From: Haliotis rubra
Lineage: Eukaryota
Length of the DNA stretch: 64,000 nucleotides
Assembly: GCF_003918875.1 (NCBI RefSeq)
Contig: NW_025767646.1
Location: 620,001 to 684,000 of the forward strand
Direction: 5' to 3'
Position numbers and translations under genes: made by a program. Below, piece by piece: positions 62,596-64,000 of this stretch. A model generated the notes under the pieces. That model searched no databases, was not told the DNA's origin, and saw nothing but the letters and a program-made list of their open reading frames with translations. How positions within the stretch are numbered: position 1 is the first letter of the stretch; every line of letters starts with the position of its first letter.

Positions 62596-64000
62596 CTAAA
62601 ACATAATTGTAAGAGTGTGCGCTGAATATGTGTAGATGCATAAAACACACACAGCTAACAAACACCTGTAAACAAACTGTGAACTCATTTTTAAGATTTT
62701 CTCATTTTATTTTTATTAATTCTTATTTTTGAACACGTTTATCTTTGATATTTAGTGGTCGTGGATAGATGAAGAATTGTTCCCTCAAACCGTGTAACTT
62801 TTCATAGAAATACCCTTTAACTCAGTAAATGGCCTCAGAGAGTAAACTGCCCGTAACTTTCCTCATGACAGAGAAGCTTCTTCGTGCAAGGAGATTCAAA
62901 TATCCGTGCAAATTGTGACTGTTTGGGCCATAGGCCTCGTCAGTGTGCAACAAGCGTGCAAGATCATTCCTGCCAGATTACCCTAACGTTTGGTAGAGAT
63001 TCCGCATACACCCGGCCACCCCTTCTGTAACCATATGGAACACGTGAACATTGAAACATGGAACAATAAGGCCGAAGGGGTCGTTGTCGGCACAGGTACT
63101 ACAGATACGTACCCAAGGTACCTTTCTGTATACAGATATGTACCCTAAACAAAGTCAAAATTATACATATTGTAGTATTGCCGAAAACGGCCCTTCAGCA
63201 ACAATAAGATTCCTACAGTTTGTTTACTTAATTAAAAAGGCACTTTTCCAATAATAAAATAGCATCTATTCGGAAAAAACACACTAGTTGTGCTTGCAAA
63301 GGATATCCGTGGATCAGTGATATTCGACACCCGACCGGGACTGTGCAAGGTGACAAACAAGATCATGTACCGTGGCTTTAAGAAATGCCATATGAGCATC
63401 TGAGTCTAGTTAATTAACTGGATTGAGTGTCAGTGCCATCTTGCAGGCTGAGTAACCTGCAAACCGCATCTAGGAAACGTGCACATTTGTATGGTGATGC
63501 TATCGACGTGTAACACATCATAAATATGTCGTGATGAAAATATCGAAAATAATATTATCTGAAACATCGATTAAAGAAAACAAATATAGAAGATCTGATT
63601 GTGCTTGGCCATTATTATTATTATTATTATTATTATTATACACATTTGTATTATTATATGTTTTATTGCTCCTCATATATATGTGATTCATTATATATCT
63701 TGTTTATATAGTTTATAGAATATTGTCACTGTTTCTGTATGGAACGTTTGCACAATATTTGAGATTTGATTTGATTTGATTTGATTAAATAGATGGCACT
63801 TCATACACTACATTTGTTTGTATAGACACTGTTCTAAATACTAAAATACATTTAGGGATTTCAAATAATGCATTGATTGCTCACCCAATGGTACAAAATG
63901 ATGCACAAAAGCATAGATTTCAAACCCATGCAGTACTTTTTATATTTCAAATCCTATCCAACATATGATAACGTTCATTTTCAGCGCGAAAACACCGAAT

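Larger units (their letters stand above)
59421..63972. repeat. Tandem duplication with reciprocal deletions
   Basis: 59421-59698 matches 60976-61253; 59702-60098 matches 61471-61869; 60103-60975 matches 63241-63972. Confidence 0.9.

Overview
Repeat-dense animal genomic DNA, not prokaryotic. The SINE repertoire and (ACTC)n/(AAAC)n tails suggest a mollusc, probably a gastropod such as abalone; this is recognition from memory, not a search result. No intact long ORF is present. The window holds more than 45 SINE copies in at least four families: A has a tRNA-Asp-like head, B has a non-tRNA structured head, C is a tRNA-headed MetaSINE-like family, and D/other are tRNA-like. They share related 3' tails and many have clean TSDs. 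Decayed retroelements include a 5'-truncated R4/Dong-like RLE LINE, RTE-X/L2-like 3' ends and a Gypsy protease remnant. There are two Tc1 transposase remnants and several non-autonomous DNA transposons: a TAG..CTA family with 9-bp TSDs (Academ-like), CWG-flanked palindromic MITEs, a TA-TSD MITE, a Helentron-type element, Crypton-like hairpin elements and a 34-bp micro-MITE. Five tandem arrays have 33, 112, 22, 44 and 49 bp units. There are also local duplications (some probably assembly artefacts) and a 140-N gap. A possible spliced minus-strand transcript with a small ORF lies at 55.7-63.1 kb, and CpG content shifts at about 22.6 kb. I cannot support a complete novel multi-gene system. The best leads are the structured 5' head of SINE family B, a satellite forming inside a DNA-transposon copy, and the candidate spliced micro-ORF. 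All coordinates were counted by hand; degenerate copies are approximate.
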